Source: Paramecium tetraurelia (Eukaryota). From it: DNA of 64,000 nt. Where the stretch lies: contig CT867986.1 of NCBI GenBank assembly GCA_000165425.1, positions 1 through 64,000 of the forward strand. The letters are read 5' to 3'. The position numbers and the translations under genes were made by a program. The notes under the pieces are model-generated. The model made no database searches, had not been told where the DNA came from, and saw nothing but the letters and a program-made list of their open reading frames with translations. Shown piece after piece: positions 41,663 through 54,291 of this stretch. The first letter of the stretch is position 1. Every line of letters begins with the position of its first letter.

Positions 41663-42486
41663 TCAAAGACAATGTATCTGATTCATTCTCAAAAATTTGC
41701 TAGGGATTTGCCGTTTGCCATGTAAAGCTCTATTTGAGGGTTTATAATTCTGAAATTGCCAATTCTCAATCATCTCCACTTTATGCGCTTGTATAACACT
41801 GAAACAGAGATTGACTGCTATCACAAGGAGTATCAAGCATATCACTACTACTATAGATATTGTAGATAATGAATTGATTCCGAATCTTGAAATGATAGAA
41901 ATTGAAGCATAAATACAAAGTGCTATAAACACTAGTTATATTATCCAGCAGCACTTAGTTGTCCTTTTTAGTTTCTTAAATTAACAAATATCAAATCGAT
42001 CAACAAAGTTTACTCTGTAATCTAATTTATGTTTGCAAATTTCACAAATTAACTAAAATATATAATGAGTTACATTTTTATTGTATATCTTATTTACACC
42101 GAATTATTCTAATATCCACATTTTTAAGCATTCCTCGTGTACAAATTAAGCGGAACCTTTGCATTTACATGGCGAAATGAATTGTGAAGATTCTTCATCC
42201 TAAATGCAGATTCTGCAATTTTTTTCTAATTTATTGATATCATACTAAGCTCTGATTGAATTGTTTCAACTATCTCATTTGTATATATTCTACAACCAAC
42301 AATTTTCTTTCTGATCAAATCCTCTAGTCTAATTCATAATATTACTCTAGAATAAACAGTCTTTAATATTTTTGATCTTGATTTCTATGTTTTCAATATA
42401 ACATTTTCGCTAATTCCTTGATCAGAAGTATTCAAAACTACGAAATTTGTATTTGGAGTAGTTGCCTAATGTCTATCATCACTCAT
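41663..42486 (-). CDS. RING-CH (MARCH-type) E3 ubiquitin ligase with two TM helices
   Basis: CRICIQDEESSQFISPCKCKGSAQFVHEECLKMWI..CEICKH, followed by hydrophobic segments. Confidence 0.88.
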
Positions 42487-42533
42487 TAGTACGAAATATT
42501 ACGATTTTAAGCAAATAAATAATTAAAATATTT

Positions 42534-43518
42534 TCATTGTTCTGATATGTTTGGACTAGAAATCAATTAGCTGATCTAAACAACCTATAAGACATTTGGT
42601 CCATTCGGATGAACTTACGCATTTTTCTTCTTAGCCAAAGGACTTTCATTTCCACTATTTCCCATTTAAGATTATAATTAAAAGATGCTACCCTATCTTG
42701 TCTCTTTTCTTGCTCTGTAGTTACTTATAGTCCAATTCTCAATCATTTCTACTAAATGAAATTGAAACACGCCCATCCCAAATTTAATTATCACTATTAA
42801 GCACAATACAATCAAAATTGTCATGACCGCATCAACACCTATGCTAGAGAACCCTACAAATTTTAGTAACACTTAATAGTATGAAGCAATACCAACTATA
42901 GAACAAATTATAGCACTTATCATGACTAGTTAAATAAGCCAACATATCTTTTATTGCTTTGGTACATCCCAAAATCTAGATTTGTCAAAATGATTTTGCA
43001 ACTGCATTTTCATACTAAACTTTTATGAACATAATTCACATTTAATCTAATTACTCTTTTAAAACATACTCTGTCCTGAAATACATCATTTATCCCATTT
43101 TTCTAAAGGATCCAAAGTTTTAAGCACTCTTCATGTACGTATTGTAAGCTTCCCTTGCATGCACAAGGCATAATAAATCTGGAAGTCTCTTCCTCACTCA
43201 TACATATTCTACAAGCAACTTTTGTTATTGCAATAAAATATACTTCCTCTTTTAGATAATTATAATTACTATTCATTCATTTGATTAACATATATGTTAC
43301 ATCCTATCAACTTCCTTCTTTTGATATCCTATGTCTATATCTCATAGTACCTAATAATAAAAGGTCTTCAAAATTCCTTTTTTCATAATTTCCTTTTTTG
43401 GAGAAATTTAGTCCTCAGATTAGTTTTCAAAATTAATATCAGGTATGAATTACATAGAAGAATTCATGGGGTTAAAATTTCGATTAGGAGATTGCTATGT
43501 AAATCTTATATCACTCAT
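42534..43518 (-). CDS. RING-CH (MARCH-type) E3 ubiquitin ligase, tandem paralog
   Basis: CRICMSEEETSRFIMPCACKGSLQYVHEECLKLWIL..CELC, followed by TM segments. Confidence 0.88.
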
Positions 43519-43736
43519 ATTTTGATTGAATGATAGAAGGGTTTTAATATTATTATTATATATAATTCTGATATTTATTCATAAATTTATATCTTAGGAT
43601 TTTAATATTCTTTTAATTTATTTAAAAAAGCAAATCTTTAATCTTTAGTTTTTCCATTTTTTTATATATTTTATTTTAAAATTAATAGACAAAAAACTGA
43701 ATAATATTATTAATGAATTTTATTTAAAATATTAAC

Positions 43737-46700
43737 TCATAACTCCCCTTAATAATAAAAATGGTCAGCACTAATTTGCAACAGTGCAAATCCTGTTTAA
43801 TAGTTATTATAAACAATAACATCAGCTATTTCTTTAATTCTAATTTGACTTATCTCAAAATCTTTCCAATTTCCATTAAGAAGATTATAACTTTCATTTC
43901 TTATTGGATTTCCATTTCTTTTGTTAGAATACAATATCCTTTATGAATAATTTCCATGAGGCACTTAAATTTGAGTTAGCTTTCCACTTATCAAGCTGAC
44001 ATAAAATGATGAGGAATTGTGTTCCTCTAATGCATGCATGTTTAGGTTCCCATATTCAAAGTTTGAGCAATTCTTAAAGCAAAACACTTTTGAACATAAA
44101 ACACAGACGAGTATATCATCTGAAAACTATTCATTATATGATTTACAATAATGACATAACTTTGGAAAGAATGTGTCATGAAATTTTTAAAAATTGTCGC
44201 CCAAAACATTAATTATCTAATTTCTTAGTTGGTTTTACAATATTACATAATATTCAGCAAATTTATCCTATAATTATAATTATTAATTATTGTTCTTCTC
44301 AATTTCAACTCCAAAGCATTAACATAAAATCTCCATTTATTATGAATAGCTATGTTAAAATTTGGTTGCTAGTTTTAGAACTTCAGCTTATAATAATGTC
44401 TTATTTGATGCTTTAAGAATATGTTTATCTATGGCATCTAATAGATTGATTAAAATAGACTTGTCAGATTAAAATTGATAATCTATATCATGAATGAATC
44501 CACAAACTTTAAAATTGTCTATTGTCAAACCTAAGAATACTATTAATTATTTCAGTATTAAATGCTATTATAATCTCTAGAACTCTTAAACATTAATAAA
44601 TAAATTTTAAATTAAATTAATTAGTATCTACATGTATATTTCTACTAACATGTAAAATTCATTTGATTAATATTTTTAAACTATTGCTTATTATTCTCCT
44701 AATTATTTGACGATAAATAATAGAGATTAGTTGAATGATTGCAATTATGATGGACTGATATCTTCATTGATTGTTATTTAGACATTAAAGCAATGTAAAC
44801 ATATTGGACAAGCATATTTTTGCCATTCTGGAATACCTTAAGATTTATTATTTAGAATATCTTGAAATGCCTCTTCAAAACAATGTGCATGATATTTATG
44901 ATAGCAATTTTAAATTGAGATTGTTGGAGAATAATTTGTCGTATTTTATGCTTCTTCGATTAGTTAGGGTACGATTGAATAATTGATTGAATGTATTCTA
45001 TTTGATAAGAAGATTAGTAAAACTTTGTTTGATTAAACTTCTTATAAACAAAAATCACATTGTTATAATTTTGAATCACTTGGGAAATGCTAATTCATTA
45101 AATTTAATAAAGATTTTGAGGTTTTCAATTTATCATACTTAAGTTTGTAATAAGATTTAGATTTTTATGCCTTTTGTTTAGATATATTAGAAAAAGAAAG
45201 ATTAGGAATATCACCATTAAATGATTACTTCTACAATAATAAAATTAACTGCTCAAAGTGATGTTACAGCCCCTATAGTCTTTGATTCCCTTTTAAGTTG
45301 TGTAATTAATTAAGTATATTTTATGTCTAAGCTTTTAGTTCTTGATTATAGAAGTAATTTGCACACATAAGCTAATAGTAAATAAATTACAAGAAAGTTT
45401 CCGTTTCTATCAAACCTGAATTGATTAAATTAAAGCTTTAAAATAAGGATGGAACAGAACTTATTACTTAAAGAATAAGCTTTCTAAGATATTGATAATC
45501 TGGTTAATTAAATTGTTGGATGTCATATTCGAGGCCATTTCCGAATGTAAGCATTCTTTAAGTCGCCTAACTATTCTGTAGCTTTTCTATTAAGACTGCT
45601 TTAAAATTTTTATCTAAAATTAATAAATTAGGATCATAAATCTATTAGTATGCTTTATTTAAAGTCAGTTTATTTATTGAAGTGTCAAAATTGCAAATTT
45701 TTAAAATATGTTTTTCTAAATTGGATGTTACTTATATTCCGATGGATTAGAATTTATTTATTATTGTTGAGTAAAGATAGTAAGAGGAACTACATAAAAT
45801 GTTTTATATTGTTTTCTATAACGCTTGTTATAAAATGTTTGGTAAAGAATCAGTTTTGTCAAAATAAGTAATGCATATATTGAACACATCCATATCTGAA
45901 GTCATCATTCTCATAAAGTAATCACTAAAATAGAAATAAATAGATACTAAGTTATTTCGCATGTTTAAACCATGGTTGGAAGCTAAATCACTTGAAATGC
46001 TTAATAGATATCTGTTAGTCCAATTTAATCGAATAGAAAGAGGTACAACTTACCATATGCTGTGTCAATTGACTCAGATTTAAAACTGATGGAAGTTTCA
46101 CTAAATCCATAATAATTATTGATAATTTCTGCATCTTAAGTGTAAAATACTGTTGTGAAGGTTTAAATGCATCTTAATAAAATTTTTTGTAGATTATTTT
46201 TGATAATTTCTATTGGCTCCTCTAATAGCTCTGATAAATATTATCTAAAATCAGCTGGATTTTTATATTCCTTTTAACAAAAATGTACATATAAAAATAT
46301 GATAAACATTTTATCCAATAGTGATGCATTCTTAAAGAGATGTAAGCACATTGAGATTATTATGATGCTCTTTTAATCATTTGTTTAATTCAAGTTATTC
46401 AAATACTAATTATAAAGTTTTTTGATTTCAAAATCAAAGGATGAAAAGATGTTTCGTTTGAGTTTGATAAAATTATAACATTTCACTATCAACAAATCTA
46501 TAAAATTCTTTTAAAATTGTTTTGTGCTTAGTTTAGATTGAAATAGATTCTGAATAGACAAATTTACAATATCCAATGCATATCCTTAATAATTAATATA
46601 AATTTTCATATCTTCTTTAGTATAAGCATTGAGTGGAATGTTGTTCTCTTGTTTATAAGATTCATACACAGCTGGAAAGGCTTCACTTAAACTATTAATT

Positions 46701-48123
46701 AAAGTTGTTATGATGTGATCGTTCATTTGATAGTTTCTTAAAAATTTCTAATTGACATTCTGATTCAAAAAATAATTAAAATCCTTTCCAAAGATTTATT
46801 ATAGTTGGATCATGCAGAGTTCCCCAAAATCTTTTTATTATAATTAAGTATCGATAAATTCAAGAGGCTGAACAGGAGCCGAAATAATATATTCATTTGC
46901 TTAATGGAAATATTAATACTGTTTCTAAATTGCTTTGAATAGTTCAAATGTATAATTTCCAAATATGAACTCCTCCAGAATCTATTTATCTTAAAATGAG
47001 GTAATCCAAGTAAGAAGTTAGGAGTCTCTTGCTTCAACACTTATTAATTTTGAAGTAAATAGAGCTTGAAAATAATGTTCGGCTTAATTCATTATATCTT
47101 GAATTGTGTTATCATCTTGTATAATAAAATCTTCATCATCTTGAATTGAATTGTAGATATCATTAATTAATTCTCGAATTATGTCATTATTTGGGGTCAC
47201 TATTACTTTATGATAGGAAACTAAGGATTGCTATTTTTTCAAACATAATTAAGTGAATAACTATTTAAACTAATTTTTGAAAAGCCGATAGATCAGTTCT
47301 GTTAAATCAATAGAAAGATCAAAGAGTTGGAAAATGGGTTCAGATATTGCATAAGATTGAATTATGGATTCTAAGATGGTTTGTTATGAGTCAGGCTAGA
47401 GAGGTAATTGGAGTAAATAAGTAACAAAATGTTACAAAGTTGGGTTATCATTGATAAAATATTCTAAGGCAAGATAGAATACTTCAAATAAAAATTGACA
47501 TTTGGATAATAGTGTAATGTATGTGGCAATCTGTAATTTTGATTCAATTAGCTTTTTGAGATTTGGCAAATCGAAATCCAAACTAAATCTATAGAGTTTA
47601 ACTGCTGTCTCTGGAAATTAATTTTATTACTTGAGAATTTGTTTTGAATATTAATCATACAAGGTTGCACAAGCTCTAATAAAGTTTTCTAGATTTTAAC
47701 ATAAATCTTTGGGAATTTATAAATTTTGGTTGATTCCTTATTATTGTTCTTTATTATGAGTATTGCATAGAGATTGCTGAAGCACATCAGAATTTCCACA
47801 ATCACATTAACCTCCAGTGTTGGTGGTGGTGGGGACAAATTAATGGCCTAATTAAAATATATTTTGATACCTGTATGACTCTTAAAATCAAAACATTCTT
47901 GACAAATAACGTGATTTACATTTTGTGAACATGTAAAACATTGAAAGACTATCTAACCGTTTTCAAGTTTGTTCTGGCATTGATAATTAGGAACTTGAGA
48001 TTCTTATATAAAATTCAGATGGGATTGCTATTTCGTAATAAATTTGGCTATGATGTCTTGCACTTCTAAGTCTTCATCATGGAGATTGCACCTTTGATCT
48101 ATTTTTTCGATTAGGGACTTCAT
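43737..48123 (-). CDS. UBR-box N-recognin E3 ligase (UBR1-like)
   Basis: UBR box CQNKLENGQIVFQCFTC..HVICQECFDFKSHTG..GGQCDCGN..CNTH; C-terminal CLCLLCSKVFC..GNLNMHALEEH; 3' end approximate. Confidence 0.85.
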
Positions 48124-48437
48124 AAAGATAAATATTTATTAATTATGGCCTATTCCTTATGGAGATAAAAACATTTGTAAAAGAATTCTAACAGAATTAA
48201 TTTAAGTACATATAGATTAATGAACATAATCGTTTAATAATATGATAGCTCAAATATTGAAATTAATATGAATTAATGTTTTATTAAGGTATTAAGATTT
48301 TGAATTTAGCTGTTAAAAAGCAAGTTCAATAATGTGAGAGATAGCGATAGGCTATCGGTGTAAGTGTTGGAAACATATTTAGTTTTAAAAATGGTAAAGT
48401 ATAATATTAATTAATTGGTTTCATTTTAATTTTCTTT

Positions 48438-51400
48438 ATGCATCTGGCATTAGAAACTGAATTTGGAGTTAATAACTTCATCATCAACGATTTACCAAAG
48501 GATGAATATGCTGATTTCCTTAGTTAGAAATCATTATCGGAACATGGTTTTCCAGTTCCAGAAATAAAAAGAAAGCATGAAGATGCAATACCACCACCTA
48601 ATTCTAAAGATTAATAACTTAGTTTTATGATGAGTCCTATAGTGTCACCTAGTTATGAAGGATGTAGAACAAATGAAATATTAATTGTTAAACCCACACC
48701 TCATGCAGGCACACAGACATCGTTTTAAACTAATTATTCAAAATTGCGAAATTCATAATCAACTGTAGGAGAGGACATGATGAGATATTTCTAGATTAGA
48801 AGGTTTTTTAATAGGTTTATGCGTTCTATGCATCTTTTCAGTAGATTGCAAAAGCATCACTTAGATATTTTGAATGACTCTGCTTCTAGTTACGACCCTA
48901 AAATATTTGGTTAAAGGTAATTTAATTTCAGACCTTTGGGAATGATTAAAAATCTGAATCTACCAAAGGTACCCTCATTTAGTTAGAAAATAGAAAAAAT
49001 AATAAATAGAATAGGTTAAACGATTAAATAGAAAATTGAATATTGGGATCAAAATATCAGGATATTTCAGCCGGAAGAGAGAAAAAAGATTATATGGGAT
49101 AGTTGTCTATCAATATCCAGATTATACTTCATTATTTTAATCCCAATGGATATAACTTTTGAACAAGAATTTTTATACTCACATTAATTATTTATCCTAA
49201 CAGTTATTATGACAATTCTATTGATGCTGGATATTCTTCTCAATTTCAACACTGCCTATTATCAATTTGGACTTATTGTAAATGAAAGATCTAAAATCTT
49301 TAATCATGTCATAAGTAAAGCATACGGTTGCGATGCCATATCAGTAATATACTTATTTGTATTAATATTTCTAAATTGGGATGAATATCGAGAAGAGAAG
49401 CAATACATTTTGGTTGGTTTGTTGACCTTTGTGGGTTAGTATTAAAACATTACAAAATTAATCAGATTAAGTGAGGAAGTGCTGAATTTGACTAAAGTTA
49501 CTGCCTCGATTTTAGAACTAGTAAAATTGATAATATTCTTAATTTTCATCTCTACATGTTGCAACTTGCATTTGGTATGGAGTATGATATTAAATATATA
49601 TTTAGGTAGGCAATTATGGTCTAAAATATCTAGGATCTAGTTGGATAGACAAATATCAATTAGACGATAATAATTGGGCTGAAAGATATTTACGATCCTT
49701 CTACTTTTGTACTGTTACCATGTTTACTGTTGGATATGGTGATTTAACTCCTTAATGTAATAAAATCATTATATTTCAGCCAATTTAGAATATACTATTT
49801 GCATTATCTTTATAATGATATTTAGTATTCAGTTACCATATAGTGTAAATACTGTGGGAGCTATTATTGATGAGATCTCTAAATATAGTGAGCAGAAACT
49901 CTAGAAATTGAGGATTATTAACACTTACATGACAAAAAAGAAGATCAGCTTTTAATTACAATTTTAAATCAGAGAATACTTAAATTACTATTGGGAAATG
50001 GAGAATACGCAATAATCAAATGAGGAATAAGTCATCATAGAATAACTATCAGAATAATTGAGAGAAGAACTAATGGTTGAGGCTAATTCGGTTGTTCTCA
50101 ATAACTGCTCTCTCTTTTAGAAGAACTTTTCTTATGAATTCAAGAAGGCTCTAGTAAAAAAAATCAGAACGGTTTCAATCCAACCCGAAAATATTATCGA
50201 TTATTCCACAGAACCAGATGCTTATCAAAATAATTATCTTACCTTTATAGAATCAGGAGAAGTTGAAGTTCAATTATCTGATCAAATTTTCTCACCAGGA
50301 ACGACATTTCATAAATTGACTCCTGGTTGTCTCTTTGGATTATATGAATTTATAACTGGATAAGAGTAGAAAGAGGTATATAAAAGTGTTGGATTTACTA
50401 AATTACTCATTTTACCTAGATCTGCTTTTTTAAAAATTCTTAAAGAGTTTCAGGAAGACAGAGAAAAGTTTTGTCAAATTAGAGATGATCTACTATATAA
50501 TTTCTCAAAGCAATCTCTTAAGAATTTAGACATTTCTTGTTATGTATGTTAATCAAGAGAGCATTTATCAAAAGATTGTCCTCTACTTCACTTTTGTCCA
50601 GATAAAGAAAGAATTATTAAATCTTATAACTTTGTTAAAGAATAAGTAAGGGATAAGTCAATTAGAAAACATGCGAATAAATATGATAATCGGTTCATAT
50701 ATAATAATGCTTTGCTAGATTTCAAAGTATTGAAAGAGACAGCTGAATATATTTAGGATGATTTTTGGTAAGAAACTTAAATTTATGACTTGGATTTAGA
50801 GAATGGCTAAACTAGTCCCAGCAATAATAATAATGTTTCAGGATCTCCATAACATTCATCTAGTTCGGATGATGAAAAAGACGAAATTGTTTTAGAATTA
50901 TCCAAACCATCACTTAGTTCTTCATAAAAATTTCCTAGACAAACTAGAACCACTAGATTATTAGAAATCAATCAAATGAAAAAACTATAAGCTAGAAAAT
51001 CTAGTATTTCCCCAATGATTCCCAGAACATCATCGTATATAATTGAAACTCAATAATAACCTAAATTATCTATTTTTGCTTAATAGAATTCAATTAATGT
51101 CAATAATTAACACTCTGATGAAAAAGCCTAATCTCAAGATTCAGAATAAAAAAACGAGACTTCAATTTAATTATCTAGTTAACAGCTTGATTCCATCAAG
51201 CCTGCAGTCAGTCCTATGAAATAGAACTTTATGAAATCAGCATTAAAAAAAGTGGCTGATAATATTCAGAGCAATCAAAGTGCTAATCATTAAGAAGAAG
51301 ACAAGGCCAAAAAGGTTAAAGTGAAATTTTAATAAGCCTTCACCTTTATAAAGAGATTAAAATAATTGAAGTTTACTAAAGAAGTAGAAAAACCCAGAGT

Positions 51401-51857
51401 ACAACCAAAATAATAGACAATGGTAGTTCAAAAATAAAATCTTAATTTGATTTAGTAGAGAATACAAAGGAAAAGCAACACATTAACCATGTAAGATCAA
51501 AATAAATTAGACTTATTAGTTTTAGAACTTAATAATTAATTAAACAATAATTTTTAGGAATTGGAAAATTTTGAAAATAAGAAAGATTTTAAATTCTACT
51601 AACCTCATAACAATTTAGCGAGTTTACAAATATCAACTAAGTATCATCCTAAATTTCTGAGCAATATGAATCTCTATATAAAATATTTTCTATATCCTGC
51701 AGAATTTATTAAAAGATACAAGAAAAAAGATCCCACTATATTAGAAGTTAAACCAGTGTCTTTTGCAACTCAGATCAATGCATACAAAGATGTATTAAAA
51801 TTTAGAAAACAGGCCAGAAAGATTATAAACAAAAAGTAGATAGCACCAGAATAATGA
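48438..51857 (+). CDS. Cyclic-nucleotide-binding-domain (EAG/CNG/HCN-like) K+/cation channel
   Basis: DILLNFNTAYY; pore YLRSFYFCTVTMFTVGYGDLTP; C-linker LSEQLREEL; CNBD FIESGEVEV..FGLYEF; CCHC knuckle; apparent +1 frameshift near 49550. Confidence 0.9.
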
Positions 51858-51891
51858 CTATTGATTTTATATTATGATTTATTAAAAAGAA

Positions 51892-53023
51892 TCACGCTAA
51901 ATCATTAAATGGGGTTATTCCTTCTTACCCAAAATAATTGAATCTGCCTGTAGCAACATTCATAATTGCTGTGTAAAAGGTACCTTCATTATGAATTGGA
52001 TAGAGTGTTTATAACACTATATGCTCCTAATTCATTTTGCATAGTGCTGGTTAAATTAGCCAATAAATTTTCTGCAATTGTTCTTCTTTAATCACCTTTT
52101 GGATCTTTTTTCCAATGATCATAATTAGTCTAAACCATATATTAGAATTGATCGTTTCCTAATCCAGTGTTATTGAAGAACAATGTTGGGTAAGTTGAGA
52201 TTGGATCTCTAGAAATGATTGCACCTTAATTGAATCCGGTACCTGCAACAATATTGTATTGTGAGCATGCTACAATCACATTTTCTAAATAATTAACGGC
52301 TTAATCGAAATTATTAATGTCGGAATCAAGGATCTAAATAATTTTAAAAATATTTACATGTCTAAATGTCCATCCTAATGATGTTGTTCCTGCTGCTATT
52401 TTTTTCAATAACATAAATAATGGCAAATAGTGTCCATATCTCCAATTTTCTTACAAGGAAACAACTCCATATTTGAACATAGTGACAAAACCAGTCTTAA
52501 ACCAATATTAATCAACAGCTTCACCAATGTATTGACCGTTTTTTATGAATTTGAAATGAACAACAAGTAATCTACCTGCATCTGGAGCTTGATCCATGTT
52601 TCTACCATGAATAATACCGTCTTTAGTTTATAATAACATAGCAGTGCATTCTCTAATATTGACTGATAAGGAGTGACCGATTTCATGGAAATAAGCCCAT
52701 GCAGCCATATATTCAAATGTCACATCAGGTCTATTAAATGCTTCGACAACTCCTTCCAGTTCTTAAGCATATTAAGGCCAATGAGTCCTTACGGAGGCAG
52801 CTAATACGTCATAGTCCTTTGATGTTAAATGTTTGAAGGTAGTTTCATTATGATACGAAAAGAAAGCACCAAATGAAGCGTCAAATCCGTATGTATTTAA
52901 TATTAAATAAACTGCTGGTTAGAATCTCTACTTAGCTGGTCCATCTAGATCTATATCTAAGGTTGGAACTATTGTGTAAGCCAAGGTTGTGGCTAATATC
53001 ACAAAGATAATGGCAAGCTTCAT
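51892..53023 (-). CDS. Acid ceramidase/NAAA-like Ntn hydrolase (paralog 1)
   Basis: Signal peptide; DIDLDGPAKQRF; catalytic ECTAML; IHGRNMD; YGLDQLMIIG region off-frame but QTNYDHW in frame. Confidence 0.85.
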
Positions 53024-53074
53024 CTTATTATTATAAATAATATTTTAAATAAAAGTGATTTTATAATATTGTCT

Positions 53075-53086
53075 ATGATGACTTCA
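53075..53086. promoter_or_regulatory. Candidate promoter motif ATGATGACTTCA upstream of NAAA paralog 1
   Basis: Same 12-mer lies at nearly the same distance (about 51-52 nt) from the ATG of both paralogs. Confidence 0.45.
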
Positions 53087-53105
53087 TCATTTTTATATTA
53101 TTATA

Positions 53106-54210
53106 TCATTCATCATCAAATAATGTGATACTTGGTTATCCAAAAGCTATTAATCTGTTGTATTTAGCATTCATGATGACTGTATAGAAAGTCCCTTCGT
53201 TATGGATAGGATAAGTGTCCATAACAGCATACACGCCAAATTCATTTAACAGATTATTTTACATTTTAGCTAACAAGTCTTCTCCAATGGTTCTTCTTTG
53301 ATCTTCTACAGGATCTGGTAGCCAATGATCATAATTTGTCTAAACCAAATACTTGTAACCATTCGATCCTTGATTTGAACTACTCAAAGATATAGTTGGA
53401 AATTTCTCAAATGGATCTCTTGAAATGATCACTCCTTGATCCTTTCCTGTTCCTCCGATAATATTGTAAAGTGCACATGCCACATTGTTTTATTCAAGAT
53501 ATGATACTACCTTATCGAAGGTGTTCAGTTTTTCATTTACTAAAACTTCTCTATATGCCCATGCTAATGAGGGTACACCTTATTTAATGAAAGTCAAGAG
53601 TTAATCTTTGCTTAATGGATTACCAAACCTCCAATTCTCCTCAAGGGAAGCGACGTTGTATTTCAACAAAGTAACAAATCCAACTTTGAACCAATACCAA
53701 TCAACTGATTCTCCTAAATATTTTCCATCTTTCTTAATTGTCAAGTGTAATACGATATTTCTTGCTTAACCTGGGTATTAATCCATATTTCTGCCATGAA
53801 TTACTTGATCTCCAATTGATAATAACACTCCTGTGCATTCAGTAACATTGCTTGTAATGTGTCCGATTTCATGGAAGTATGCCCAAGCAGCCATATACTC
53901 AAAGGTAACTTCTGGTCTATTGAATTTCTTCAACGATTCCTTCTATTTCTAACGAATATTCAGGGAAATTCTTTCTTATTGCAGTTGCCATTGTAATATA
54001 ATCTTCAGGAGCCAAAATACTGAAGGTCTCTTCGTTATGAGCTTAGAAAACTGGGCCAAATGAATTCTCATATCCGTATAAATCCAGTATAGTTCTGACA
54101 GACTCTTTCCATCTTTGTCTTGGAGGTGCACTCAAATCAATCTCTACTTCAGGAAGATAATTGAAACAACAGGCTGTTGCTAATAACACTAGTAGTATTT
54201 TGTATTACAT
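53106..54210 (-). CDS. Acid ceramidase/NAAA-like Ntn hydrolase (paralog 2)
   Basis: Signal peptide; EIDLSAPPRQRW; ECTGVL; IHGRNMD; QTNYDHW; apparent +1 frameshift near 53925. Confidence 0.85.
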
Positions 54211-54260
54211 GAAATAATTTTATAATAATTGATTAACCTATTTTAAATTTATATTATATA

Positions 54261-54272
54261 ATGATGACTTCA
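54261..54272. promoter_or_regulatory. Candidate promoter motif ATGATGACTTCA upstream of NAAA paralog 2
   Basis: Identical to 53075-53086 and position-conserved. Confidence 0.45.
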
Positions 54273-54291
54273 CTTAAATGAATTAATGACT

